The notes under the pieces: model-generated
The model's database searches: none
What the model was told of the DNA's origin: nothing
The model's input: the letters and a program-made list of their open reading frames with translations, nothing else
Shown: positions 48,756-60,791 of the stretch, piece by piece
Position numbering within the stretch: position 1 is the first letter of the stretch
Layout: every line of letters starts with the position of its first letter
Program-made: the position numbers and the translations under genes
DNA from: Bilabrum cf. latius
Lineage: Eukaryota
DNA: 64,000 nt
Assembly: GCA_965178125.1 (NCBI GenBank)
Contig: OZ237736.1
Location: 806,001-870,000 of the forward strand
Direction of reading: 5' to 3'

Positions 48756-51700
48756 ATGCTCACACTAGAAAGTATTGCGAGCAATTCTTGCAGATTCGGG
48801 ACGTTAACGGTAGCTTTCGCAGGTCTGTGCGCAGGATGCCTCATTTTTGCAGCGGCGGGAGATCTGGCGGTATCCAAATATCTCGCAGCTTCAGCAGCCC
48901 TTGTGGCGGTCCTTGTGTGGCTCTATTCATTTTTGAGTTATTTAGTCCTATCAGGTAAGGACTCCATAGTGCTACAGCCAGCCCAGATAACACCTGTCGA
49001 CCGCTACGTTGATGAGACCAGTGATGTAGAGGACCACTTCTCAGGGATGAGCGCCTCTTGCGTTGCCAAAACGATTCGGGATTAGAATATAAGCTGTAGC
49101 TAGTACGTGGAATCTGCGATCGCTCGGCTTTGTTCTGCGAATTAGGAGCTAAATTGCGTGACATCGGAGCGATTCGAACTTGCCAGAGCCGAAGCAAGAC
49201 AAGTGGACGCAGCTCTAGCTGGAATTAATGCAGGAGATCAAGATGCGCACATGTTGCTAGAATCTATTCCAGGGCGCCCATCACCTGATGCGCCGTTCCT
49301 GGGCGTCCCCACCACCATCAAAGAGTGCCTCGCAGTGGACGGGCTGCCGCAGACTGGTGGCCATGCTCCTCACGACCCTTGGCACGCCCTCGCTAGGATG
49401 TCTGCTGCTACGGATGCGACCGCAGTCGCGAGGCTGAGAAAGGCAGGCTTCATCGTGATCGGATCAACGAACCTCAGCGAACTGTGCCTATGGTATGAAG
49501 CCTCGAATCCAGTCCATGGAGTGACGGCTAATCCTTTCGACGTTCACAGGACGTGCGGAGGCAGCAGTGGCGGCGAGGGGGCTGTCGTAGGCGCAGGAGT
49601 AACCCCTTGCGGGCTAGGCAGTGACATCGGCGGCAGCATCCGAATGCCTGCGCACTTCTGCGGCGTGTTCAGTCACAAGGGGACCGGAGGCCTGGTGCCA
49701 AACACGGGCCAGCTGCCGTACGGGCCCACCAGGCTGTGCACGACAGGTCCCATCGCATCCCACGCCGAGGATCTTTGGCCCATGCTTGTGGCCATGGCAG
49801 GATCGGACGGGCTGGATGCCTGCTGCAGGGCCCGCTAGCTCATCCCTTGCGGAGGGGACCGGCGGCAACCAGATCAGCCAGCAGGGGGCAGTGATGACGA
49901 GCCACAGGCACAAGTAGCAGGGGGGGTTGTTGGCCAGCAGGCAACCTCTGGGGCTCGAACTGCGACCAACAGTGGCGTGGACAGGCCGAGCGAGAGCCGC
50001 CGTGCCGGCGTCGGTCCCACACGGGATGCTCAGAGCACCGCCGGGACTGCGGCAGGAAAAGTCGCCAGTGGCAAACAGCAAGGCGATAAAGATCAGGCTG
50101 CCGACGATGCGAATGAAGCAGGCGACCGGTCCGATGCCCCCAGTTCAGTTGGGTTGGAACTGGGCGAGGGGAGGCGAGCACCGGCGGAAGGCAGGGGCAG
50201 TGGCAACGGCAAGGATGAAGACGGAGAAGGTGACCAGGCGGGTGGACAGGGCGACTCATCTGCAGCGGCAAGCAGCGTTGGCAGCGGCAGAGTGCCCTCT
50301 GGCAACCTATTTCGGCAGGCGTACACGAAATCGACAGTCAATAGCCGGGACAATTCGCCGGTAGCTGACGCAGATGATGTTGTGATGCCACCCTCTGACG
50401 AGGAGGAAGACTTGCATGACACGACAGTGTTCTCTCGCGTGTCTCAGGCAAAGCTCAAGGGCGATGGGCCTGCGCGGCCACAGGATGGCGGCACTGCGAG
50501 CACGCAATCAGGTGGTGCCGTCTCTAAGGATCCCGAAGAGCGGGCATCCGGGAATCAATCAGAGGAAGAGAGGGCATCACTGTCGTCATCGACCCAGCAA
50601 CAATCGTCGGCAGAGTGTTCATCGTCGTCGTCATCCTCCAGCAGCTCGATCCGGCGTAAGAGCGCATCAGCTGTCAAGGTAGAGGCGGCTGCCTCCAGTG
50701 GGGGTGCTGGCAACCGGGGCGGCTCTTCCGGTGGCGCGGGCGTAGTAGACGAGGCGACGTCAAGTCGGCTGCACGCATCGCTTGCAGCGGCTGGCATCAT
50801 CGCGCCGCGCCCCGACTCGAACGGGAAGAAATCGAAGTCCGCGTCCTCGAGAGGGGCCAAGCCACTTCGGGTGGCATTGAGGAGATCGCGGGGCTCCAAG
50901 CCGGCCCGCAAGGGCAAGTTCGTTTCCGACGGCGCATCCGTATTCCCTCTAGAAATGGACGAGCTGCAATCAGCCGACGCAGACGCATTGGGAGTGCTGT
51001 AGGAGCTGGCTGGGAATGATGCGGATGCAAGCGGCGACCGCGTTACTAGTCACCGGGCAAGCCAGAACGTCATACAGTCAAGGCTCGACTCGAATGGGAA
51101 GATCCACTTTACAGAGCTGGCCAGCAGACCCAGTAGCGGCGAGGCTAGCAGAGACGAAGAAGACTCTGACCGCGAGGAGGATGGCGCGCCCGCTGCAACG
51201 GACCAGTGGTCCCTGGCTGTGGCCGGCCTCGACGGGAAGGAGCTAGGATCTGCCAGTGATGAGGAGGAAGGCGATGATGACCCGCCTTCGGCTTCGACAA
51301 ATTATATCCGATCAAGCGATGATCTGCTCAGGGCGCCCTTCCAGTCGTGTGGCATTGCACAGCCGAGCGTGACTCGCGAGCAGCTAGCGGCAGGCTCGCT
51401 CAAGAAGCCAGCACAGGTAGCTGCATGGACGGGCCCTGGAAGCGGGAAGGGCCGGACCAACCCGCCCCACGCGCTTCGAACAATGCCTGGAACAGTATCG
51501 GCACATCGTCACGTCGGGTAGCCGCTGCTGCCGGTGAGAAATGAATCGAAGCTAGCCCCAATGCCAGGCAGCCAGGAAGAGAACCATTCCAGCAGCTAGT
51601 CACGGAGACGTCACAGGAGGGGCAGCAGAGCACGGCTTGTCGTTCACTCCGACAGCTCCGGGGAGGACTCCGATGGCCGAGGTGATGCTACCCGGCGGCC

Positions 51701-53657
51701 GTCGCAGGGCAGACCCTCTCTGCACCTTGGTAGGCAAGGCGACCTCGACGACGAGGACGACGAGGACGACGAGGTGTCGCCGGGCTCGTCAGGCTGGGGC
51801 GAACAGCCAGTGGTGGACGTGCCAGGCACACCCGCAGACGTGGACCTCAGAGACATCGAAGTGCTGCTTCCTGCGCAGCTGTTCCACCCCGACGCATAGA
51901 AGCGTGTGACGCCTCCGTTGACCACCCCGGTCGACGACAGGTACAGGAATGCGGTTCTGCTGGCGGCGCGTCGGTTGGTAGACCGGTGCGGCTGCAAGGG
52001 GCCATACCTGGTGCACCTGCCCGGCTGGGAGCAGCAGTTCGACCTCTGGCAGGGCATGCTGGCCGATGACCGCCTCTCTGGATTCTAGAGGCTCTACTCG
52101 AGTGACGATGCCGGTATCACCACCTGCACGGATCGGGCAGTGGCACTGTGCACGTCATGCTCGCTGTCGCCAACGGAATCTAGCCGGAGGTGTCTGGACG
52201 CCGGCCGTGTGATGTGCATCTGTGCACTGCCGCGCTTGGTGGCGTGGATAGCGTGCGCAGCCGCGTTTGACCTCTACTCCTTCGTCCGAGCTCTGCTCGA
52301 GATGAGCGTGCAGCTGTGCTGCGGAGCCGACCCAGTCGCGGTCGCGACCAAGCGTCCGCAGGAGCACAGGCTCTCTACCTGTGGTCGCTTCTGCGTCCGG
52401 CTGAGTGCGTGCGGGGCGGGCAGCGGTGCAGCCTGGGAATCAGCCGGTGCGCCAGTCCTCACGTCTACAGATGGATTCGTGTCTAGGCCCGGATACCGGG
52501 CCCCGGTCCAGCACCCTGCAAATGCAGCAGACAAGCAGGCACCAGCTGCGGGTGCCGAATGGCGATCGGTTCTGCAGCTGCCAGCCGGCTTGGGTGACGG
52601 TCCAGCGCATGCCCCGCCTCTGATGGGCAGGCCAGACACGGCCGATGTGTCTGGCCTCAGCACTCCCGTAGCGCGCGAGATCGGATCCGAAGATGAAGAG
52701 GACACCGAGGGCAGCGAATCGGCGTCTGTTCCGGGCAGCACGAGCGGCGTGGCAGCTGAGGGAGGGACTTCGCACCAGGCAGACAACACGGCACAGGTTT
52801 CATCGGGACTGCGTGGCAGGTGGTCACACCGGTGCTGCCGGACGACTTTTCCAGCCCTGGGCCTGGCCCTCATTGAGACAATCTTCAGCGAGTGCCTGCC
52901 CTGGATCGATCGGCGCGCGAAGCTTGTCGGGCGCCGGGCCAGGTACCATCTGTCCAAGACTCTGCGGGAGCGTCGGGCCGTTGTGCTGGTGCCGACCCAC
53001 CCCACACCCGCCCCCGTGCACGGGCTCGCACTGTTCCGCCCCACCAACGCGGGATACACAGCGTACTTCAACGCGATGCAGACCCCCGTCACTCAGGTCC
53101 CAATCGGGTTCCTGGGCATGCCTCTGTCCCTTGACGAAGAAGGGGTCCAGGGCGCGCTGGAGGCGGCCAGCACGTCGCGCGCGTGTGCCAACGCCAGGAA
53201 GGTGCACCCATGGGCCTCTCTTCCCGTGGGAGTGTCGGTGGTCGGGCCCATCGCGCACGACCACTGGACCATTGCAGTGGCGCTTGCGCTCGAGCGTAGG
53301 TGCGGGGCAGGGTGGGTGCCGCCTCCGCTGGCTGGTCCACAGGCGGCGACGCGAGTTCTTGAGCGTGTGTACGGCGTGAGCAGTGAAGTCGGGGCACTTG
53401 GTAGATCTAGTAGCAGCGGTGACGACAACGGCGGGATTGCAAGGGGTCGCCGTGCAGGCAGCAGCGGGCACGAGGGCTCCCGTGCCTCCCGCCCGTTGGC
53501 ATCCGCCAAGACGATGCAACGCGGACAGGTGCAGCCGAGGGAGTCCGGTGGCAATGCGAATTCCGTATCTGTAGGCAGCGGGCATCGAGGCAGCGGTGGC
53601 GACAGCTCGACCAGGCGGAGGGCGGGCAGCAGGGCCCGGCAAAGGAGGAGGGATTGA
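48756..53657 (+). CDS. Amidase-signature family enzyme (FAAH2-like) with N-terminal TM and very large low-complexity insertions
   Basis: PFLGVPTTIKE, GGSSGGEG, GLGSDIGGSIRMPA, YTAYFNAMQTP, LPVGVSVVG. About 9 in-frame TAGs; TGA 53657. Confidence 0.88.
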
Positions 53658-53728
53658 GATGGCGACAGCTCGACCAGGCGGAGGGCGGGCAGCAGGGCCC
53701 GGCAAAGGAGGAGGGATTGAGATGGCGA
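53598..53728 (+). repeat. 63-bp tandem duplication spanning the amidase stop codon
   Basis: ggcgacagctcgaccaggcggagggcgggcagcagggcccggcaaaggaggagggattgagat x2, plus a partial third copy. Confidence 0.9.
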
Positions 53729-53816
53729 CCTATCTGTTTGCGCAGACCTGTACGTGATTCATGCATGCATCCCAATGGCAGACGTTATTCAACTGTCGCA
53801 GTATCCGGATTCCGGA

Positions 53817-54998
53817 TCAAGTTGAGCCTATTGAATGATAGGCAGATCCCCCAGTCTTGGCCGCATCAACCACTGCATCCTTGCTTCCCAACAACTGCAC
53901 TGCGGCAGCAAGCCACGCGGCTAAATCATCGGCTGGCCCGCGGGCCAGCACGCTCCAAGCATCCTCCGAACGCGACCCAATCGACGCAATCTCTCGTCTC
54001 GCATCGGATGATGCGGCCGTGTTGGACGTGGTAGACGCCCTTCCAATAGCAGACTTTGACCGCCAGTCCGAATCCCACTGTGTTTCGCACTCCAACAGCG
54101 CCCGCTCGTCCGCCATCATGAGCCCGGCGCCGCCTGCAGGGGACTGAGTGCTCGCCACTAAGCAAGTGCTGCGCTGCGAGCGGGACTCTGCCATGGCAGT
54201 ATGCTCGCCCTGGTCGAACTCAGCAGCCCCATCGTGCGAAGGAACATGACCACAAGAGGCTGCTGCTGTGGCAGCCAGGCCTACTTTGGCTGCCAGGGCA
54301 TCCGCATGGGAGGGCAGGCGAGCAGGGCGCGTGTTCTCCGCGAGCGGAACCCTGAGAATGCCATCCACCGATGAAACTGCCGATGCAGCCTATCCACACA
54401 TGTATCTGGCGCTGTTGTGGATGAATCGCGCGGAGGCTTCGAGAAATTGGCAATCCGCCCGGCCTGCTCCTCTGTCCAGAGCAGCTGCTCGAGCTGCCAC
54501 TGCGAGAGCCACCCTGGCATCCCGAGCCTGTGCGTCTGCGAGCGAGCACACTGCCTTTGAAACTGATGCCATATTTGATGTCTGCTGGTCCAGATCGGCG
54601 GCAGCTGCTGTTTCGATGGCAGCTCGAGCGCCCGGAATGGCAAACACCAACCCGAGCCCGGCCGGAGGCTCATCGCTGGGATCGGGCACGGGCGCTGGCA
54701 TCGAGGGCGGGTGTACATGGCACAATGCCGTAGCCACATCACGACTGGTGGTCGGCTTTCCTCCCTTCACGATAACAAGCCTCTCCCGCGCTACTCGGAC
54801 ACCCCTGGCGGCACGCCGCCCCAGGTCCCAGGTCTCACGCCAGTCGGACCACCTCTTAAACGTGGCGTCCAGAAATTCATCAATTGCGGAAGCGTCGGTA
54901 TCAATTTTTGATGCGAGAATGCCGCGAGACTTTTCACTTCTTGATGGTGCGGAGGATGGGGAGCCGGCCCCGCGACCTCGTGATCGTTTCCCTGGCAT
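53817..54998 (-). CDS. Hypothetical protein
   Basis: ORFs 54390-55043 and 53817-54368 are in one frame joined by TAG; ATG 54998; TGA end. Confidence 0.6.
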
Positions 54999-55006
54999 TC
55001 CAATTT

Positions 55007-55411
55007 TCACAGCAGCTCTCCCGTGAAATGCACTGCCAGCCAAATCGCTGGCTCCGGGTTTTCTGTATCTTTTGGGCCTCCTGATGTGTACGTCACCTTG
55101 TGCTTCACACCTTGCGGGATGATCAGGTAGTCTCCGCGCCCGAGTGGTCGTTCCTCGCTTTCAGATTGGATCCGAAGCTTTGCTCTGCCTGACACAAGAA
55201 TCACAAATTCGTGATCTTTCTGTTCAAACCACTCGGAACCGTCGCTGGGCGCCGTTTGTCCAGTGCTGGTGATCCACTGCACCTGGGTTGAATCCCCTCC
55301 TCGGGCGTTCACAAGCTGCTCGAACTGCTCTTGGTCGAAGGGCTCACTCTTGCTGTTTAGTATGGAGCCTGCCTAGACCGTGCTGTATTTGGAGGGCGCT
55401 GCTTCGGCCAT
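55007..55411 (-). CDS. Small cupin-domain protein (bacterial-type Cupin_2 family)
   Basis: WITSTGQTAP..WFEQKDHEFVILVSG..LGRGDYLIIPQGVKHKV..IWLAVHF. ATG 55411 with one in-frame TAG; intronless; TGA end. Confidence 0.8.
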
Positions 55412-55419
55412 CAGAGGGG

Positions 55420-55900
55420 TGGGAAAGGAAAAGGAAAGGAATTCTGGTTTAAGATGCAATTCACGATAGTGTAATAAGCACGCAACCCGAAAATCCGAAA
55501 AACTACACACTCCTGTGCGGTAGAGCACCTAACATAGTAAAAGCAGAAATCCAAACAGGCGGATTGTTGCGGGACAAGCCCTCGCACCCAACCACAGCGG
55601 TCGCTGTGGCACCGGTATCCCCCAAAACTGCTTTAGTATCTGGGGAACGCGAACGGTGAGGGGCAGATCGCGATTGATGCTGCCTGCACCGTCAATGTTT
55701 CAGGGCGCCGCCACCACGCTCGTCGGCGTGATAGAGTGGCCATGAAGTCGTCTCTGAGTCGTGAGGTGGCATGTGCTGCCGAGGCGAGCCGAACTGTCCA
55801 TGCCTTGTCGAGTTGGCGTTCTAGGCGTCTGAGCACCTTACGCTAGGTAGAGCCAGAGGACCACGATCCAATGCTTGTCTCCACCCCAGGTATCTGGCAG
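55420..55900 (-). mobile_element. Divergent 3' fragment of a related LINE (ORF end + 3' UTR + TTCCT-rich tail)
   Basis: LRRLERQLDKAW..LAS..RRRAWW..PFAF parallels the LINE ORF end LRDIERQWAKG..LAS..RRKWW..LYAF. Hairpin ccacagcg/cgctgtgg in the UTR. Confidence 0.45.
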
Positions 55901-56544
55901 GAGATAGCCAGCGGTAAGGGTGGGGCCAGCCGACAGTCGCCCGACACAGTGCGATGCAACCGGCGGACCAAAACTCAATGTCACGCTGTGATAAGAAGCC
56001 AACAGATGCTCGTAATCAGCTATCTGGACGACGCTCCCCTTCTTGATTACAGCTAGAACTCAATGACTGTCCTCATATTGGCACGTGATCGAGCGCAGGA
56101 ACACCGAGCTATGCACACGGAACCAACGCAAGAATTCAACAAATACCTTTCCTCAGTCCATCTCATTCATGGGATCTCATCCATGGGATCATTTTCATCG
56201 TCGCCTGCTCGGCTCGTGCCATTGCCCGTGCCAATCAACCCGTCACCAGCTCGCCCAGACGGCGCTTGGTTCAGCTGCACCTGGCCGCTCCCAGCCCCAG
56301 TTGCGCCACCAGTCGCCCCAGCACGCTGAGGGGCGTGCCCAAGCCAGTCTCGCCGATGCCAGCTGCTGCAGCGCTGGCTGCAGTTGCAGCATTTGCCCGC
56401 ATCCCAGGGTCCCTCTCACTTCCACTCCAACCCTGCCTTTGCCGCAGGCCCTGGTGGCCAGCACGGGAGTGGCCCTTGAGGCGTTCTCCAGGTCAGGAGG
56501 GGTCATTCTGCAGATGGACCCAAGGCATCTTCATCGTTGCCCCC

Positions 56545-59500
56545 TTAGAGGTCTGAATCATCTCGCCTCAGGACACAAGCTTCGTACACCGTAGGACGCT
56601 TGAGCTGCGACAAAAGTATGCTCTTCTCGTCCTCGGACAGCTATGGGGACGACTTGTACAACCCAGTTACAGCAAGCTGCACCGCTGGGATGGCCATCCT
56701 CCAGAATTCCTCCCCACTGACCACCTTCACGCCAGCCGCTTCCATCTCCTCGCGATCGCTAGGATCAACTGCCGACAGCCACAGAGGCAGGTGCGTCCAT
56801 TTCTTGATGTGCCTCAGATTGCTGGCCTGCGCGAGCTAGGACACAACAGGATCATGCCCATCCACCGCTCTATCCCACGACGCAGCAAGTATCTTCGCAT
56901 CCTTCAGGCGCTTGTCGGGTATACGCCCCATCGTTACCTGCGCCCGAATCACCACAGCCTCGTCGGAGCTATCTACGGCGCAAACTGCCACCAAGTCGGC
57001 TTTGCGCCGGTCTGGCGCTTCCTTGAGAATGGTGTTCAGCGGAATACCAGCACCGGCTTGAGCAATGGCTTTCAAGTCGAGCCTCTCAAGTCCGGCAATT
57101 CGCTTCGTGTCCCTGTTCTCTGGCCCGACAAGAGGCAACGACCGCAGGAACGTACCGCAGTCAAGTCGCCGGAATCCGAGCGTACCCTCCAATCCCACGT
57201 CTTGCCCAATCACACCCAATCCATTCAGTGCCAATCCCTCCGCCACGAGACCCTCCACAGGATCTTGGGCGGCATTCCCACTTGCATCATGAAGCCCATT
57301 GAACTCCAAAGTGTGCAGATTGTCTCCCACGTGGTTCAGGTGCGCGTTGGCGATCAGGAGGAACAGCTTGGAGCTAAATCGTACCACGCGAGCCGTGGAC
57401 AAATTTGAGCTGTCTGTCTCGGTCACAATATGACCATGCTCATTGTACATTTCCAAGAATTCAGACACCGATCTCCTGTCCATTGGGTCAACCCGCAGTG
57501 ATTCCAGCACATTTTCATCCGAAACTGGCACGCCGCTACTCTTTACGAATTCCTCTTCCGATAATTGGAGGCTACGGCGGCCTTGAGCTAAAATTTGACG
57601 CTGCAGCCAACCAGCGAAGTGCGCAAAGGCCCGATCGTTACTGAGGTCTGCCCGTAGCCGATCGGCGAGCATGTCAGAGACGCTCTCGTCAACAGGTCTG
57701 GCCAGAAACCGCGGGATGCTTGCAGAGGCATGCCGCAATACCTCGACGAGCCGCTCGCCCTCCTACGCATGCTGCTCCCAGTCTGGGTCAGCTTCCCTCC
57801 ACCTCTTTGCGTCTCCCATTGTGATCAGGACTGCTGCGTTGCCTTCTGAAGACCCATCAGTCCCCATGAGTGGATAACGAGACAGGAAGCCGTGTTTCCG
57901 CAGAATGAATAGCTGGTCATCCTCGAGCATCCTCTTGGCGACTGCCCTCGCTATGGCTATGCCACGGTAAGGCTTCCGACCTGGGTTGCCGTACAAGCAC
58001 ATCAGCTGCGCCTCGACTGTAGAAAGGGTATTCTGCAGCGATTGCTTCACTGTCTTGTGGTAGTTCAAGACTGGTCGTTCCGGGCGGTTATACAAAAAGT
58101 TCGGAGTCTCTGACCACGTGCCAGTAAGCCGCAAGGCCACAGTCCCGCGATTCTCGGCAATCGCTCGAACGTGGCGGATGAACCGATCGGCCACTTCAAC
58201 ACCAAGGTTGCGCATTTCAGCGACTTCATCGAGAAGTAAGATCGGGATGATGAGCTTCCCCTTGGCCTTCCTCCATTCCTTTATCCAGCTCTCGAGGTTG
58301 ATCTAGCGCGTGTTGGGATCTGGTTCGGACTTGGCATCGCACCAAGGGGGGAGCTGCCCGTCATCACCAGGCAACACCCCCCTCGCGTGCATGGCAGCTG
58401 CAAGGTACGCCTCGGGGACCGCAGCACACGGTTCGTTCACGTAGACAGTGCAGATGATCACGTCGGGATTGGCGAACTCGATCATGGCCATTGCCACTCC
58501 GATAGATTTCAGCAGCGACGACTTGCCCACCCCCTTTGCCCCAACCACCAATTTGTTGTTCATGTCTTGGTTCGGATATCCAGCAAGGGTATTCATGACG
58601 GCGTCAATGGCAGAGAAAAGAACCCGGTCCCGATGGGACTCTGGATCCTTCCCCCAAAGGGGTGGGAGCACCCCGCTCAGGATGTGGGCATCGCTCAGAG
58701 GCACCGAGCCAGCCACTACCATCGCATGCACGAGCACCTGCGTGGCCTCGACAATCCTGCTTGCGGCCTCTTTGCAGTCGTCATCGGACTTCATATCTGG
58801 CCGGATGTGGCATGTCGAGCGGATAAAATCAGCAGCGGTCCTGCCGCATGCGGTGCGATAGCCTGCGGCCTCTGACTTGGAGCACCAATCCTCGATCTAC
58901 TCTGGGGTCCACGTCATAGTTCCGAACATACCCGGACGGTACTTGTCTAGCAACCCGACTCGTAGTAGCTAATCGTCGCGGATTCTCTTCCCTTCTGCCT
59001 CAAGCTTTGTTTCTTTCTGCTGCCAATCTTCTTCTTTCTGCCGCGCTACCACGTCATGATCCAGCAGTTCTTCAAGGCGACTTTGTATCATGTCAAAATC
59101 TTCGGATGCTTGTTTTGCACGCAAGTACCGGACTGTAGCTGCAGACAGCAATGCATCGAGTACGCCAGCCGAACGAAGACGCTCCATCCGCTCGGCGAGC
59201 TCGGCATCTGCAGCAGGAAGTCCAGGCAAGCCACGAATATTCTCGCCATCAGTATTTAAAGCATATTCTACCGCGCTGATGACTTCTCGCTCGTTACTTC
59301 CAACGCTGCGGCTGACGAAGGTTGCATCAGCATGAGCCTGCTGGACTGCTGCAGCGGCCGATTCAAGAGACTTCCGCGAGCCCGGTCCACGCCACTAGAT
59401 GTACGCATTTTTTGCTTCTAAGGTAAACGCATCATAGCGTTCCAAACGCCAGGCCAGCTTCAGACTTTGTAGCCAGACAGCAGTGAGGTCAATCACTTTT

Positions 59501-59709
59501 GCCTGCCGCTGTGACGAAAGAAAGCGACCCAATCGATGCCCCAGGCATGGGTGCACACGAATTGAAATTGCTTTGTAGTCGTTCATGTCACTGACAGTCG
59601 CCCAATGAGATGCATCGAGGCGTACATTTGCTCGCGTCCACAGTCGCCCCGGCCTCGACAAGCGTGATATACCCGACCTCAGCATCCGAGGCACGGAATA
59701 AGCACGCAT
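56545..59709 (-). CDS. ~1054-aa P-loop NTPase + PD-(D/E)xK-like nuclease (Crinkler/RHS-type effector architecture), intronless
   Basis: Walker A VVGAKGVGKS, Walker B ILLLDE, C-terminal KADLVAV..IRAQVT. 3165 nt with 7 TAGs and no TAA/TGA until TAA 56545. Confidence 0.72.
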
Positions 59710-59842
59710 ACTGGACGGCAAAATAAGTTTGAAAGTATTTCTTAATGATCGGACGGAATTTGAAGCGATTTGGCTGCCCCTACTGCAAACTCATATCGCG
59801 CCGTCCATTCGTGAAAAGTCGCCGACGGCGTATCGTTACATT

Positions 59843-60480
59843 CAATCATCATCATCACCTTCGAGATTTCGCACCGGACCCTCGTCCAACACTTAATCTC
59901 TGTGGCACTCATCGAGACTCCCGAGTTCACTCAGGATGATCCAGAAGCACCTATACCCCGCCGTGGTGGGGTTGTGCTGCAGCTGGAGCTCCTGGATCCT
60001 CGGGCTCGATCCCTTGAGGAGGTGCTTCGCCAGGGTCAGCAGCTGCGACTGCTCCTCCCCGGGCTCCGCCCTGCAGGTTGAGTGCGACCGGCAGTTCTCC
60101 CTGCTGCTGGTCGGCTTCAGCTTCGGTCTGTTCAACGACTGCTGCGAGTGCTGCGGCCTCTGCCGCCTCACCTGCCGCTGCCATTGGCCCATTGCTGCTG
60201 CTTCCTGTTGCTGTTCCGCTCTCTCTGCGTCCTCCCTCTTCTTCTCCTCCTCGGCAATGGCACGGCGCGTAGTAACCAGCTGAACATGTTTGTAATAGTC
60301 GTTCATGTACTTCGCCCGTGTCGTTGCCAAACTCATCGTGATGCGCCTGGCCCACGTCCTGACCTGTGCGTCCACGCTCTTGCTCTGTTCTGGCCCAACA
60401 CGCTCTCGCCTGATCCTCGCCAGTTCCTCTAAGACCTTCCATGCGCCGGTACCAAGTTTCCCGGTGTGTATATCGCGCCG
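59843..60480 (-). mobile_element. 3' fragment of a probable restriction-like-endonuclease (CRE/R2-group) non-LTR element with (TGA)n tail
   Basis: TGKLGTGAWKVLEELAR..WARRITMSLATTRA resembles the RLE C-terminal G-x-LG..A..L..LA...R.S..L motif. Tail gatgatgatgattgaatg. Confidence 0.5.
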
Positions 60481-60532
60481 TCCATTGATTGAATGATACG
60501 TGTTTTCAAAAAGCACACGTTACCCAACAATC

Positions 60533-60720
60533 GGTCTGGCCTGGAGGTCCCAACATCAGGGCCGGTACATGGGGGGCCTTTGGTCTGAAAGGGTCGGGGG
60601 TCTTGTAGTCCTCTTATGAGGGCTCCTACCGCTGCAGGTGATCACCTGAGATATGGTGCATCTACGATCTGTGGCGGGTTCGGTAACTTAACCCAACAAT
60701 GTATTTCTGTATTTATTTCT
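60533..60720 (+). mobile_element. 3'-UTR-only copy (SINE-like or extreme truncation) of a sister subfamily of the 34.7-38.1 kb LINE
   Basis: Shares tggggggcctttgg(t/c)ctgaaagggtcgggggtcttgtagtcct, caggtgatcac, ggtgcatct and acccaacaatgtatttctgtattt with the LINE 3' end. Confidence 0.85.
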
Positions 60721-60791
60721 GGCCCCGTGCCGTGATCCGATCGCTTTTCTTAAACCAGACATTTTGGAGTGTTCGTGCAGGTTTTTACCCT

